DNA from: a virus
Taxonomy: Duplodnaviria > Caudoviricetes
Direction: 5' to 3' (one strand)
Virus record (IMG/VR): IMGVR_UViG_2930414654_000002
Location: 96-64,095 of that record
DNA length: 64,000 bases
In this document: piece after piece, positions 37,928-48,800 of the stretch
How positions within the stretch are numbered: the first letter of the stretch is position 1
Layout of the letters: each line of letters starts with the position of its first letter
The notes under the pieces: generated by a model
Database searches by the model: none
Seen by the model: the letters and a program-made list of their open reading frames with translations, nothing else
What the model was told of the DNA's origin: nothing
Position numbers and translations under genes: made by a program

Positions 37928-39358
37928 GTGGCCGCCACGATTCCTGAGCTGCCTTTGCTGGGTTTGTCGGATGATGAGTTGGCGCTGGTGACGGCGCTGC
38001 GCACGGATTTGATGGAGCACCGGTTCCGGCTGGAGCTGCTGGACAGCTATTTCAACGGCGAGCAGCTCGTCAGGGACTTGGGCATCAGCATTCCGCCGCA
38101 GCTGCAGGGTCTGCATACGGTGATTGGCTGGCCGCGGATCGGTGTGGAGGCGTTGGAGCAGCGGCTGGAGTTGGAGGCGTTCCGGTGGGCTGATGGTGCG
38201 GATGCGGAGGATCTGCGGGAGGTCGCCGAGGCGAACGATCTGTTCGATGAGTCGTCGCTCGCGCATCTGGACGCGCTGACCTACGGCCGGGAGTACATCG
38301 CGGTCGGGTCGGGGGATTGCGGTACGGATGACTGCCCGCCGCTGATCACCGCCGAGTCGCCGCTGGATATGACGCTGTTCTGGGATGCCCGTGCGCGGGT
38401 GGCGACCTCGGCGCTGCGGGAGTCGGTTGAGGATGGCGTGCGCGTGATCACGCTGTATCTGCCGGATGAGACGGTGCATGCGGCGGAGGCGAACGGCGGC
38501 TGGGAGGTCTTCGACCGGGACATGCACGGCCTGGGTGTGGTGCCGGTGATTCGCATGGCGAATCGGCAGCGGACCGCGGACCGGGTGGGCAAGTCGGAGA
38601 TCACGCCGGAGGTCATGTCGATCACGGATGCGGCGTGCCGGCGGCTGATGAGCATGGAGATAACCTCCGAGTTCTATGGGGCACCTCCCAGGTACATCCT
38701 CGGTGCCTCGGAGGCCGCGTTTCAGGACGCTGAGGGCAACACCAAGTCGGCGTGGGAGACATACATCGGTCGGGTGCTGGCCCTGGAGCGGGATGAGGAC
38801 GGGCAGATCCCGCAGGTCGGTCAGTTCCCTGCGCACGATCCGCAGACCTTCACGAAGATCATCGACCTGTATGCGCGGATCATGGCGACGCAGCTCGGTC
38901 TGCCGCCGCACTACCTGGGCTACACGACGGACAACCCGGCCTCGGCGGACGCCATCCGTAGCAGCGAGGCGCAGCTCGTGAAGCGTGCCGAGCGCCGCTG
39001 CCGCCGGTTCGGCGGGGCGTGGTCGGATGTGATGCGGCTGGCGCTGTGGGTGCGTGACGGAGAGCCGCCGGAGCGCACACGGCGGATCGAGTGCGTGTGG
39101 CGGGATCCGGCGACGCCGACGGTGGCGCAGCAGACGGACGCCGCGGTGAAGCTCGTCCAGGCGGGCATCCTCCCGGCGGACGGTGAGGTCGTGCTGGAGA
39201 TGGCGGGCCTGTCGGAGGATCAGCGGCAGCGTGTGGCGGCGGAGCGGCGCCGTTCGCAGGGCCGCCAGGTGCTGGACCGGTTGAGTCAGCTCGGCGCGGA
39301 GGACCAGCCGGACGAGGAGCCAGAGGAGCCTGACGGTGGCGACGACGGTCTCGGATGA
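37928..39358 (+). CDS. Portal protein (SPP1 gp6-like)
   Basis: Position and size; G.SEIT, NPASADAI, WRDPATPT. Confidence 0.92.
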   Translation: MAATIPELPLLGLSDDELALVTALRTDLMEHRFRLELLDSYFNGEQLVRDLGISIPPQLQGLHTVIGWPRIGVEALEQRLELEAFRWADGADAEDLREVAEANDLFDESSLAHLDALTYGREYIAVGSGDCGTDDCPPLITAESPLDMTLFWDARARVATSALRESVEDGVRVITLYLPDETVHAAEANGGWEVFDRDMHGLGVVPVIRMANRQRTADRVGKSEITPEVMSITDAACRRLMSMEITSEFYGAPPRYILGASEAAFQDAEGNTKSAWETYIGRVLALERDEDGQIPQVGQFPAHDPQTFTKIIDLYARIMATQLGLPPHYLGYTTDNPASADAIRSSEAQLVKRAERRCRRFGGAWSDVMRLALWVRDGEPPERTRRIECVWRDPATPTVAQQTDAAVKLVQAGILPADGEVVLEMAGLSEDQRQRVAAERRRSQGRQVLDRLSQLGAEDQPDEEPEEPDGGDDGLG

Positions 39359-40103
39359 CGGTGACCGTGTGGGTCGCTGGCGTCGTGCGCAGCGGGGTTT
39401 GACGCGGCTGCTCGGGCGGGATGTGCGGAAGCTGCGGCGGCTGATCGTGCCGACCCGTCTGGAGGCGTCGGTGCCGGATTGGGTCGAGGCTGTGCGGGCT
39501 GTGGTCGACGACTATGCGGACGCGTCGGTGTCGCTGGCCGCGGATTTCTATGAGGCGGAGCGTGTGGCGGCTCGGGTGACGGGTCGGTTCACGGTGCCGC
39601 TGATCGGTCCGCCTCCGGTGGAGAAGACTGAGGCCAGCCTGCGGTGGGCCACGAAGGACCTGTGGCCGCGGACCGAGGAGGAGGCGACGCCGGCGCAGCT
39701 TGCGCCGCTGGATGTGCGGCTGGAGCAGGCCGGGAAGAAGGCGGAGGCGGTCGCCCAGAAACTCGTGGCTGATCAGGGCCGGGAGGCGGTGCGGGAGGCC
39801 GTGCGCCGGGACCGGCAGGCCACCGGCTGGGCGCGTACCGCGGCGCTCGGAGCCTGCCATTTCTGTAAGGCCCTCGCGATCCGCGGCGCGGTGTATGAGC
39901 GGGATACGGCGAACTTCCGGGCCCATGACGGCTGCCATTGCGGCGTGGTCCCGATCTTCCGAGGGCAGTCGTTCGAGCTGTCCGACAAGGCCAAGGAGTG
40001 GGAGCGGCTGTACCAGGAGTACGCCGCACCGCACTCCGGAGACCAGTTGGCTCGCTTCCGGCGGGCGCTGGCTGAGCACGGGCATCTGCCTGCTGCTCAC
40101 TGA
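39336..40103 (+). CDS. Head maturation / MuF-like protein
   Basis: WAR....AC.FC..LA.RG..Y...HDGCHC.V.P. Confidence 0.8.
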   Translation: MATTVSDDGDRVGRWRRAQRGLTRLLGRDVRKLRRLIVPTRLEASVPDWVEAVRAVVDDYADASVSLAADFYEAERVAARVTGRFTVPLIGPPPVEKTEASLRWATKDLWPRTEEEATPAQLAPLDVRLEQAGKKAEAVAQKLVADQGREAVREAVRRDRQATGWARTAALGACHFCKALAIRGAVYERDTANFRAHDGCHCGVVPIFRGQSFELSDKAKEWERLYQEYAAPHSGDQLARFRRALAEHGHLPAAH

Positions 40104-40163
40104 CACAACCCCGTGGCTGCCCTGGTGGTGGCCCTTTCTCAGCCCCAGGAGGGCGACTCAGCC

Positions 40164-40778
40164 ATGCCCGAAGAGCCGAACAGCCCTGCCCCGGAACAGC
40201 CGGCGGAGGGCGAGCAGTCAACCGAGCCGCAGCAGACCGCCGAGCAGCCCCCGGAGGGCGGCAAGACGGATCCGTGGCACGACCCGGAGAAGGCACGCCG
40301 GGAGATCGAGAAGCTCCGTAAGGAAGCTGCGAAGTATCGGACTACGGCCAAGGAACTGGAGCCGTTCGCACAGAAGGCGTGGGAGGCCGAGGAGGCGCAG
40401 AAGTCGGAGGCCGAGCGGCTTGCCAGCCAGCTCAAGGCCGCCGAGGAGCGCGTCGCTGCGGTGCAGCAGCGGGCGGTCCGCGCGGAGGTGCGGGCTTTGG
40501 CCGCTGGCGAGTTCGCCGACCCGGAGGACGCTGCGGCGTTCCTGTCGCTCGACGGCTACGTGAGCGACGACGGAGAGGTCGACGCGGAGCAGATCCGCGC
40601 GGACCTCAAGGCGCTCCTCAAGGCGAAGCCGCATCTCGCGAAGCCGGCGGACACCAGCCCGCGGCGGCCTGCTCCGGACCGGTCTCAGGGCTCGTCGGGC
40701 AACGGCAATCGAACCCCATCTGACCCGTCGGCGGTGTTCGCCGACTTCATGAAGCAGGGCCTCGCACGGGGCCACTGA
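40164..40778 (+). CDS. Capsid scaffolding protein
   Basis: IEKLRKEAAKYR coiled coil; upstream of the capsid gene. Confidence 0.85.
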   Translation: MPEEPNSPAPEQPAEGEQSTEPQQTAEQPPEGGKTDPWHDPEKARREIEKLRKEAAKYRTTAKELEPFAQKAWEAEEAQKSEAERLASQLKAAEERVAAVQQRAVRAEVRALAAGEFADPEDAAAFLSLDGYVSDDGEVDAEQIRADLKALLKAKPHLAKPADTSPRRPAPDRSQGSSGNGNRTPSDPSAVFADFMKQGLARGH

Positions 40779-40793
40779 GAAAGGTAGCCCCCG

Positions 40794-41756
40794 ATGGCAA
40801 CCACCGATCCGATCAAGCTGTCTGCGGTCGACCCGGTCTTCCTTCCGGAGACCCTGGTCGCCCCGATCTTCGAGAAGTCCGTCGAAGGCTCCGCGGTCAT
40901 GTCGCTGGCGCGGCGTGTTCCGCTGTCCATGACGGCGAACACGGCGGTGCCGGTGCCGCTGGACGTGCCGACCGCGGACTGGGTCGCCGAGGGCGGCAAG
41001 AAGCCGCTGTCGAGTGGCGGCGTCGAGGTCAAGCAGATGTCCGGAAAGAAGATCGCGACGCTGATCCCCGTGTCCATGGAGGTCGCCCAGTCCAACGCGG
41101 CGGGCCTGTGGACCCAGCTGCAGCGGGACCTTCCGACCGCGTTCGCCCGCGCCTTCGACATGGCCACCATCCACGGCAAGAACATGGCCGGCAGCACCGG
41201 CCCGTTCGCGGACTACCTGGCAATGACCAGCAAGAGCGTGTCGCTGGGCACCACGGCGCAGAACATGGGCGGCGTCTGGGGCGACTTCGTCGAGGGCCTG
41301 GACCAGATCATCGACGACGACTGGGACTACACCGGCACCGTCGCCGACAACCGGCTGAAGCCCAAGCTGCTGTCCGCGACATCGACGACGGGCGAGCCGC
41401 TGTTCGTGCAGACCCGGCAGCCGGGCGCCGGCACGGGGGCGGCTCTGCAGGGTGAGCTGATCGGCGAGCCGCTCGCCTACTCGCGTTCCGTCAGCGGCAA
41501 GCTGCGCCGTCAGTCGACCAGCACCGATTCCGGACTCCGGGCTGTGGGCGGCGACTGGTCGCAGGCGGCGTTCGGTGTGGGCATGGAGATCAGCGTCAAG
41601 CTGTCCCGTGAGGCGACGTACATCGACGAGGAGGGCGGCGTCCACTCGGCGTTCCAGGAGAACCTGGTGCTGCTGCTGGCCGAGGCGTACTACGGCTTCG
41701 TCCTGGGCGACGCCGAGGCGTTCGTCAAGTTCACCGGCACCCCCAGCGGGACCTGA
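40794..41756 (+). CDS. Major capsid protein (HK97 fold)
   Basis: ADWVAEGGKKP, KKIA.LIPVS.E, GDWSQ, FQENLV...E. Confidence 0.93.
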   Translation: MATTDPIKLSAVDPVFLPETLVAPIFEKSVEGSAVMSLARRVPLSMTANTAVPVPLDVPTADWVAEGGKKPLSSGGVEVKQMSGKKIATLIPVSMEVAQSNAAGLWTQLQRDLPTAFARAFDMATIHGKNMAGSTGPFADYLAMTSKSVSLGTTAQNMGGVWGDFVEGLDQIIDDDWDYTGTVADNRLKPKLLSATSTTGEPLFVQTRQPGAGTGAALQGELIGEPLAYSRSVSGKLRRQSTSTDSGLRAVGGDWSQAAFGVGMEISVKLSREATYIDEEGGVHSAFQENLVLLLAEAYYGFVLGDAEAFVKFTGTPSGT

Positions 41757-41758
41757 GC

Positions 41759-42748
41759 ATGAGGCTCGTCGCCCGGGTGCATGCGGCACCGCCGGAGCAC
41801 AATGCGGGCGCCGAGCACATGCTCATCAGCATGCTGCGTCCGCTGGTGGAGCGCGGTCACGAGGTGGAGGTGTGGCTGTCCCGGTACGGGAAGGCCCATG
41901 AGGTCTACGAGTATCGGGGCATCCGCATCGTGCCGCTGGAGTCGCGCTTGGACTTCGCTACGGCGGTGCGCAGGGCGGATGTGCTGGTGTCGCATCTGGA
42001 GTGCGTGCCGTCGACGTCGTCTCTGGCCCGCGGCTACGGCAAGCCGATGGTGGTGATCTGCCACAACACGCACAGGACGACGTTCCGGGACGCCGCGGCT
42101 GGGCAGACGGCGCTGGCGGTGTACAACAGCCGCTGGATGGAGGCGGAGGCGGAGCTGTTCTTCGCCGAGTACCCGAAGTCCGTCCGCCCCGCGTCCAGCC
42201 TTATCGTGCGGCCTCCGGTGTTTGCCGACGAGTACAAGGCGAAGCCTGGCAGCGCGGTGACGCTCATCAACTGCTGCGAAGCCAAGGGCGGGAACGTGCT
42301 GCGGCGGTTGGCGGAGCGGATGCCGGAGCAGCAGTTCCTCGCGGTCCGCGGCGCCTACGGCGAGCAGGTCGACTTCGACGGTCTCGACAACGTCGAGGTG
42401 CTGCCGCAGGTGCCGGGGGAGGACATGGCCCAGCAGGTGTACGCCCGCACGCGGGTGCTGCTGATGCCGTCCTCGTATGAGTCGTGGGGTCGGGCCGGCT
42501 GTGAGGCGCTCGCTTCCGGGATTCCGGTGGTGGCGCATCCGACGCCGGGGCTGTGCGAGTCGCTGGGTGAGGCCGGGATCTTCGTCGACCGCAACGACCT
42601 CGACGGCTACGAGGCGGTGCTGCGGCGACTGCTGGGCGATCCGGCCGAGTACCGGCTGGCGGCGAAGCGGGCCCGTGCCCGGTCCCGGGAGCTGGATCCG
42701 GCGGCCGAGCTGGCTGCATGGTGCGACACCGTCGAGGCCCTCGCCTGA
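41759..42748 (+). CDS. Glycosyltransferase (GT-B, GT4-like)
   Basis: GAE; KGG; PSSYESWGRAGCEALASGIPVV (E-x7-E). Confidence 0.9.
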   Translation: MRLVARVHAAPPEHNAGAEHMLISMLRPLVERGHEVEVWLSRYGKAHEVYEYRGIRIVPLESRLDFATAVRRADVLVSHLECVPSTSSLARGYGKPMVVICHNTHRTTFRDAAAGQTALAVYNSRWMEAEAELFFAEYPKSVRPASSLIVRPPVFADEYKAKPGSAVTLINCCEAKGGNVLRRLAERMPEQQFLAVRGAYGEQVDFDGLDNVEVLPQVPGEDMAQQVYARTRVLLMPSSYESWGRAGCEALASGIPVVAHPTPGLCESLGEAGIFVDRNDLDGYEAVLRRLLGDPAEYRLAAKRARARSRELDPAAELAAWCDTVEALA

Positions 42749-42760
42749 GAGGAGACCCAG

Positions 42761-43177
42761 ATGGCGTACACGGTGCCGTCTGCGGAGGATCTGGCCCTGT
42801 ATCTGGGTCTCGACGAGATTCAGGGGGCTCGGGCGGATCTGCTGCTGCAGCAGGCCACGAATCTGTGTCTGGCGGTGGTGACGCCGCTGCCGGATGGTGC
42901 GAAGGCTGTGGTGCTGTCGGCTGCGGGCCGCGCGTATGTGAACCCGCAGAGCGTCAGCTACGAGACGATCGGGCCGATGTCGGTGCAGCGCCCGCAGGGG
43001 TCCGGCGGCCTGTATCTGACGAAGGCCGACAAGTCGGCACTCAAGAGCATGGCGGGTCGTGGCGGGGCGTTCACGGTCGATCCGACGCCGGACACCGCGG
43101 ACCCGTCGCCGACATATCCGATCGACTACTCCTACGGGCCGGGCCTGGAGTACGAGCCTGGCTGGGGCTGGGTCTGA
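42761..43177 (+). CDS. Head-to-tail adaptor
   Basis: DLALYL...RAYVNP...ETIGP...GLYLT. Confidence 0.8.
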   Translation: MAYTVPSAEDLALYLGLDEIQGARADLLLQQATNLCLAVVTPLPDGAKAVVLSAAGRAYVNPQSVSYETIGPMSVQRPQGSGGLYLTKADKSALKSMAGRGGAFTVDPTPDTADPSPTYPIDYSYGPGLEYEPGWGWV

Positions 43178-43539
43178 TGCCCGCCCCGTACCCGTATGGG
43201 GAGACGGTGGTGCGTCTGCGGCGTGGCGAGTCGCCGGGCCGGGACCCGCGGGGTCAGCCGATTCCGGGGCCGCTGGTGGAGACGGACATGCCGGGCTGTG
43301 TGGTGACGCCTCGGGCGGAGACGCCTGCAGTGGGTGGCCCGGAGCAGACGGGGCGGGACACGGTCATCGTCGGCTACACGGTCTACACGCCGCCCGGGAG
43401 CGATGTGCTGACGACGGACCAGTTCCGTATCCGCGGCGAGGTGTGCGAGGTGACCGGTCAGCCGGGCGACTGGGGCCGCAGCCCCTTCACAGGCACTGCG
43501 GGTCCGGTGCAGTTCGCTGCCGATCGGGTCACCGGCTAG
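43177..43539 (+). CDS. Head closure / stopper protein
   Basis: D..G.P...Y.PPG.DV...D...IRG...EV.G.P..W.SPF. Confidence 0.8.
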   Translation: MPAPYPYGETVVRLRRGESPGRDPRGQPIPGPLVETDMPGCVVTPRAETPAVGGPEQTGRDTVIVGYTVYTPPGSDVLTTDQFRIRGEVCEVTGQPGDWGRSPFTGTAGPVQFAADRVTG

Positions 43540-43548
43540 GAGGTGCGC

Positions 43549-43878
43549 ATGGCTGCGAAGTTCAAGATGTCCCGGAAGGGTGTCGGGGAGCTGCTGCGTA
43601 GCCGCATGGTGGAGGTGGAGATGCTGCGCCGCGCCGACGTCATCAAGGACGCGGCGGCCGGCATCTCCCCGGTGGGTACGGCGGCGTGGGATCCGCACCC
43701 GGGTCTGTACAAGGCGTCGTGGCATTCGACGAGTACGCGCCGTGGCGGGCGCCGTAAAGACCGTGCGGTGGCCACTGTGTGGAACAGCGCGCCGTATGCC
43801 CGGTGGGTGGAGTACGGCACCGAACGTGTCCACGCGCATCATGTGCTGCTGCGGGCGGCGCAGGCGGGCGGCCGGTGA
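43549..43878 (+). CDS. HK97 gp10-like neck protein
   Basis: PV.T...G.YK.S...APYARWVEYGT. Confidence 0.8.
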   Translation: MAAKFKMSRKGVGELLRSRMVEVEMLRRADVIKDAAAGISPVGTAAWDPHPGLYKASWHSTSTRRGGRRKDRAVATVWNSAPYARWVEYGTERVHAHHVLLRAAQAGGR

Positions 43879-44279
43879 TGGCGGCGGTCGGGTCGGTGGA
43901 TGTCGAGCTGGAGCTGATCGGCTGGCTGCAGGAGCGGCTCGGCGGCGGCGTGGTGGTGCGCGACGAACTCGACAACAACCTGCTGAACGAGCTGCCGACG
44001 GTGCAGGTGCAGCGGCTTCCGGCTGGCGGTGATGACGGGTTCCGGCTGGACCGGGCGCTCGTCGACGTCGACGTGTATGCCGCCACCCGCGGTGAGGCGA
44101 TCGCCCTGTCGGCGACGATCCGCGGCGCTCTCCTCGGCGAGCTGCGGGGCAGCACGACCAGCAACGCCACGTGGGGGCGAATCTCCTCGGATCCGCCGCC
44201 CGCGATCCGCCCATACGAGAACACGGGGCTCCGCCGCTGTGGGGCCACGTATCAGATGTTCGTTCACCCGGTCTCCTGA
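43878..44279 (+). CDS. Tail terminator
   Basis: LP.VQV.R..GGD...VDVDVYA; position before the major tail gene. Confidence 0.75.
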   Translation: MAAVGSVDVELELIGWLQERLGGGVVVRDELDNNLLNELPTVQVQRLPAGGDDGFRLDRALVDVDVYAATRGEAIALSATIRGALLGELRGSTTSNATWGRISSDPPPAIRPYENTGLRRCGATYQMFVHPVS

Positions 44280-44354
44280 CCGGCCAGGCCCGCGCCGGAC
44301 CTGTAAGCCAACCCCGCCCGTGTGCGGGGTTTTCGCATGTTGGGAGACCCCCTG

Positions 44355-44942
44355 ATGGTCAACATCACTCGCGCTGCGGACTTGTCAGCGATCGGTGCGA
44401 ACGGAGGTGGATGGACGGCGCCTGTCGGAACCACCTCCCCTGGCGATCCGCTGATCCAACCGACGGGGCTGTGGCAGCCCATCGGCGGCATCTCGGAGGA
44501 CGGTCTGACGCAGGGCTTCGACGAGGACTCGGAGGAGTACACCCCCTGGGGCTACACGTCGCCGTGGCGCACGACCATCACCAAGTCCGTCCGCACGTTC
44601 GGCCTGACGGCGTGGGAGACCAGCCGGACAACGGTCAAGTCGATCCAGTACCGGATCGCCGAGGCGGATCTGGCGCCCGACGAGGACGGGCTGACGACCT
44701 ACGCGGAGACCGCGTCGCCGCTGCCGGACCGCCGCGCCTGGTGGTTCATCGTCATCGACGGCAACGTCATGCAGGGGTTCTACGTGCCCGAGGGCGAGGT
44801 GTCGGAGCGCTCGGACGTGAACCACAAGCAGGACGAGACGGCCGGCTACGAGTGGACGATCACCGCCTATCCCGACACGGAGGGCAACACCGTCTACCAC
44901 GCGGACCGTCTGCCTGCGACGCCCGAGTACACCGGGTCCTGA
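44355..44942 (+). CDS. Major tail tube protein
   Basis: APVGT, GGISEDG, TITAYPD. Confidence 0.88.
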   Translation: MVNITRAADLSAIGANGGGWTAPVGTTSPGDPLIQPTGLWQPIGGISEDGLTQGFDEDSEEYTPWGYTSPWRTTITKSVRTFGLTAWETSRTTVKSIQYRIAEADLAPDEDGLTTYAETASPLPDRRAWWFIVIDGNVMQGFYVPEGEVSERSDVNHKQDETAGYEWTITAYPDTEGNTVYHADRLPATPEYTGS

Positions 44943-45039
44943 CGGACCCCCATGACTGGTGGCGGGCCGCCCTCTGGCGCGGGCCCGGCCCGCCACCTCC
45001 CCACTGGCCCGCGCCCGGAAGAGAGAAGAGGCCCGCGCT

Positions 45040-45396
45040 ATGCCCACGACGAAGAAGGAACTCGACGCCGCCGCCGCGCAGGAGGCGGAAGCCGAGCAGG
45101 AACTCGACCCCTACGTGCCGGTGCCCCTCGCCGGCTACGACGGCGTCACCAAGGACGTCCGAGCCCTCCCGGCCGGCCGCTGGCGCGCGTCCGCGTTCCG
45201 CGCCCTGAACTCCGGCGACATGGACGCCTTCATGGCGCTCGTCCTCCACGAGGACGACGTCGAGGTGTACGAGGACCTCGACCCGGACATGGACGCGATC
45301 GGCCGGTTCGCGGAGGCCGCGGCCCGCGCCGGGGGTGAGGACCTGGGGAAATCCGGTGGGCCGTCTCGGTCTGGCAGGAGCACCCGGAGGCGGTAA
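45040..45396 (+). CDS. Tail assembly chaperone
   Basis: Lies between major tail and tape measure genes; slippery site near its 3' end. Confidence 0.85.
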   Translation: MPTTKKELDAAAAQEAEAEQELDPYVPVPLAGYDGVTKDVRALPAGRWRASAFRALNSGDMDAFMALVLHEDDVEVYEDLDPDMDAIGRFAEAAARAGGEDLGKSGGPSRSGRSTRRR

Positions 45397-45803
45397 GAGC
45401 TGACCTCATCGACCGGCACTACGACATCACCGACGTGCTGGCCGGGCGGCGGACGTGGGCGTGGCTGCGGGTGCTGATCCAGCATCTGCCGCCCGAGTCG
45501 CACACGATGACCGCCATCCGCAACAGCCTGTCCGACGTCGAGCTGGATGAGCAGGCGGACCTGGGCGAGCCGGAGAAGGGCCGCTGGTCGCAGGCCGAGC
45601 AGTTGCTGGCGCTGCTGGCGGACCGGGTGGCGCAGCTCCAGTACACGCTGATCTGCGTCAACACGGAGAAGAAGTCGCAGCGGCCGGATCAGCCCGAGCC
45701 GATCCGCCGCCCTGGGGCTCAGCCCCGCAAGAAGAAGACGGCACCCATGTCGGACGCTGCCGCCGAGCGGCTGTTCCAGCTCATCAACGGAGGCGCGGCC
45801 TGA
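45345..45803 (+). CDS. Tail assembly chaperone -1 frameshift extension
   Basis: GGGGAAAT at 45345; the -1 frame is open from there (GEIRWAVSVWQEHPEAVRADL...) to 45803. Confidence 0.8.
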   Translation, partial: GEIRWAVSVWQEHPEAVRADLIDRHYDITDVLAGRRTWAWLRVLIQHLPPESHTMTAIRNSLSDVELDEQADLGEPEKGRWSQAEQLLALLADRVAQLQYTLICVNTEKKSQRPDQPEPIRRPGAQPRKKKTAPMSDAAAERLFQLINGGAA

Positions 45804-45824
45804 CGCGCGGGAGGGAGTCCTCCT

Positions 45825-48800
45825 GTGGCCATCTCCGTCGGATCCGTCGAGGTCGATGTCATCCCCAACACCAAGGGGATCTACAACCACCTCAAGTCAG
45901 CCTTGGTGCCCGCCGCGGCGAAAGCCGGAGAGGACGCGGGCAAGGCGGCCGGGCGTAGCTTCGGGCCGGCGATGCAGTCCGAGGTGGGGCAGGTCGGCCT
46001 GCAGATCGGGCAGCAGATCGGCGCGCAGATCGCCGCCCGCATCACCGCCGAGATCCGCGGTGCGCTGCGGGACGGTGTCACCCAGGGCGGGCGGACTGCC
46101 CGCCCGGCGGCGGCGAAGCAGGGCGAGCAGGCGGGCGGGGCGTTCGCGAGGAGCGCCCGCGCCCGCATCGAGGCCGCGTTCCGGTCGCTGCCCGACGTCA
46201 CCGTCGGCGCTGACACGTCCGAGGCAGACTCCGACCTGCAGGCCCTGCGGGCCCGCATGGAGACCCTCGCGGGCAAGCGCATCGGCGTCGACATCGACAC
46301 GGGCGAGGCCCGCGCCGAAATCACAGAGCTGGAGGATCAACTGCGGCGGCTGGGCGCCGCTCACCCCAACCCGACTGTGCGGGCCGACACGGCCGCGGCG
46401 CGGGCACAGCTCGCCGAGGTGCGTGCCGAGCTGGACCGGATCTCGGCGGACCGCACCACGATCCGCCTGGAGGCCGACGGCACGTTCGGGCAGCGGCTTC
46501 GTGCCGCGGTGCAGCAGGCAGAATCGTCCCTCCCCAACATCAACATTGGGGCGGACACCACCCCCGCGCAGGGCGAGATCGCTAGCCTGCGGGCCCAGTT
46601 GACGGCGCTGCGGGACGTGCGGGTCGGCGTCGATATCGACGCGGCCACCGCCCAGGCGAAAATCACCGAACTGCAGGGCCGACTGGAGCGGCTTTCCGCC
46701 TCGGACGCGGACGTGGCGGTGCGGGTGGACGCGGCTGCTGCCGCGACGCAGCTCGCCGCCGTGCAGGCCATGGTGAACCGTCTCGACGGTCAGACGGCGC
46801 GGGTGCGGGTGGACACGTCCGCCGCGGTGCGGGCCCTCATTCAACTGTCGATCGCGGTGGGTGGCGTCGCTGTCCTGCCCGCTGTGCCCGCCCTGGCGGC
46901 GGGCCTCGGCGCGGTCACCGCGGCGGCCACCGTCGCGGCGGCCGGTGTGGGTGCTCTGGCCGCGGTCGCGGTGCCCGCGGTGAAGGACATCGCCGGTGCG
47001 CTGCAGGCGCAGAAGGCGGCGCAGGAGGCGGCGTCGCGGGCGACCGCGTCCGGCGGGCAGGCGTCTGCGCAGGCGGCCCGGCATGCCCTGACGCAGGCGA
47101 GCGCCCAGCAAGCGCTGGCTGCGGCGGAGCGGAACGGGGCCCGGCAGATCGCGCAGGCCCAGCGGCAGGTGCGTCAGGCCCGGCAGGCTGCCGCGGACGC
47201 GGCGGCGACCGCGGCGCAGCGGCAGGAGGCGGCTGCCCGTGCGGTGCAGGATGCGGAGCGGGCATTGTCGTCGGCTCAGCGTGATGCCCGGCAGGCGCAG
47301 CAGGATCTGACGGATGCGCGCCGTGAGGCGGCCCGCGAGCTGGAGGATCTGAACGCACGGTTGGCTGGGGCACAGCTCTCTCAGCGGGATGCGGTGCTGA
47401 GTGTGCGGGAGGCGCAGGTTTCGCTGGCCCGCACGATGAAGGATGCGGGGTCCAGCGAGCTGGATCGTGCTCGTGCGCAGCTCGCCTACGACCAGGCGGT
47501 GCAGCGCCTCAAGGACCAGACGGTTGAGACGAAGCGACTGAAGGCGGAGACCGCGGCGGCGAACAAGGCCGGGGTCTCGGGTAGCGACACGGTGCGGTCG
47601 GCTCAGCAGCGGCTGGCGTCGACGCAGCAGCAGGTGGCCGACCGGGCGCGCGGGGTGCGGGACGCGCAGGTGGAGGCGGCCCGCGCGCAGACGCAGGCGG
47701 CGCGGGATGTGGCTGCCGCGCAGGAGCGGGTGGGTGAGGCCACCCGGAACGTGGCGGTGGCGCAGCAGTCGGCTGCGGATGCGGTGTCGAGTGCGCAGCG
47801 GCAGATCCGGTCGGCTGAGCTGTCGGCGGCGGGTGGCGCGGATCAGGCTGCTGCCGCACAGGCGAAATACCGGGCGGCGTTGGCGAAGATGACGCCGGCG
47901 ACGCGGGGCACGTTCAACGCGTTCGTGTCGCTCCGGAAGGCTTTCACCGCCTGGTCGCGGAGCTTGCAGCCGGCTGTGATGCCGATCTTCACGCGGGCCC
48001 TGAACGGGATGAAGAACAGCCTGCCGGGCCTGACGCCGCTGGTACTGGCGGCGGCCCGCGGCATCAAGACACTCCAGGACCGGGTGTCGGCCGGCTTCAA
48101 GTCCCCTTGGTGGAAGAGCTTCAAGAAGGACGTGCAGGGCAGTGTCGAGCCTGCGGTCGTCAGCCTCGGCGTCAGCTTCGGCCGGATCTTCAAGGGCATG
48201 GCCGGGATCGTCCAAGCGTTCCTGCCGCACATGGACTCCATCTCCGAGCGGATGGAGTCGATCACCGGCCGGTTCGCGAACTGGGGCACCGGGCTGAAGG
48301 GCTCGCCTGAGTTCGAACGCTTCCTGGACTACGCGGCGAAGTTCGGACCGAAACTCGCGTCGACCCTGGGCGACCTGGGGCGGGCGTTCCTCGACGTGTC
48401 GCAGGCGCTGATCCCTCTGCAGGGCCCGGTCCTCGATGTGCTGGGCGCGCTGGCCCGGGGTATCGCGTCGATCGCAACGACCCTGCCGTGGCTGATCCAG
48501 CTCATGTACGCGGCGCTGATCGTGACGCGGCTGTGGACGATCGGCATGGTCATCTTCAACGCGGTCATGCAAGCGAACCCGATCACGTTGATCATCCTGG
48601 GGATCATCGCGCTCGTCGCGATTGTCGTCTACGCCTACAAGCGTTGGGGCTGGTTCCGGACCGCTGTGCAGGCGGCGTGGGAGGGCATCAAGACCGCGGC
48701 CCTGTGGGCGTGGAACGTGGTGCTGAAGCCGGTTTTCAATGCGCTGGTCGTCGCGATCCGCTGGGTCGCGAAGATCGCCGTGTGGCTGTGGCACAACGTG

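Noticed and set aside
45345-45352. Tail chaperone frameshift as a novelty or a sequencing error
   Set aside because: This is the standard programmed -1 frameshift of long-tailed phages.
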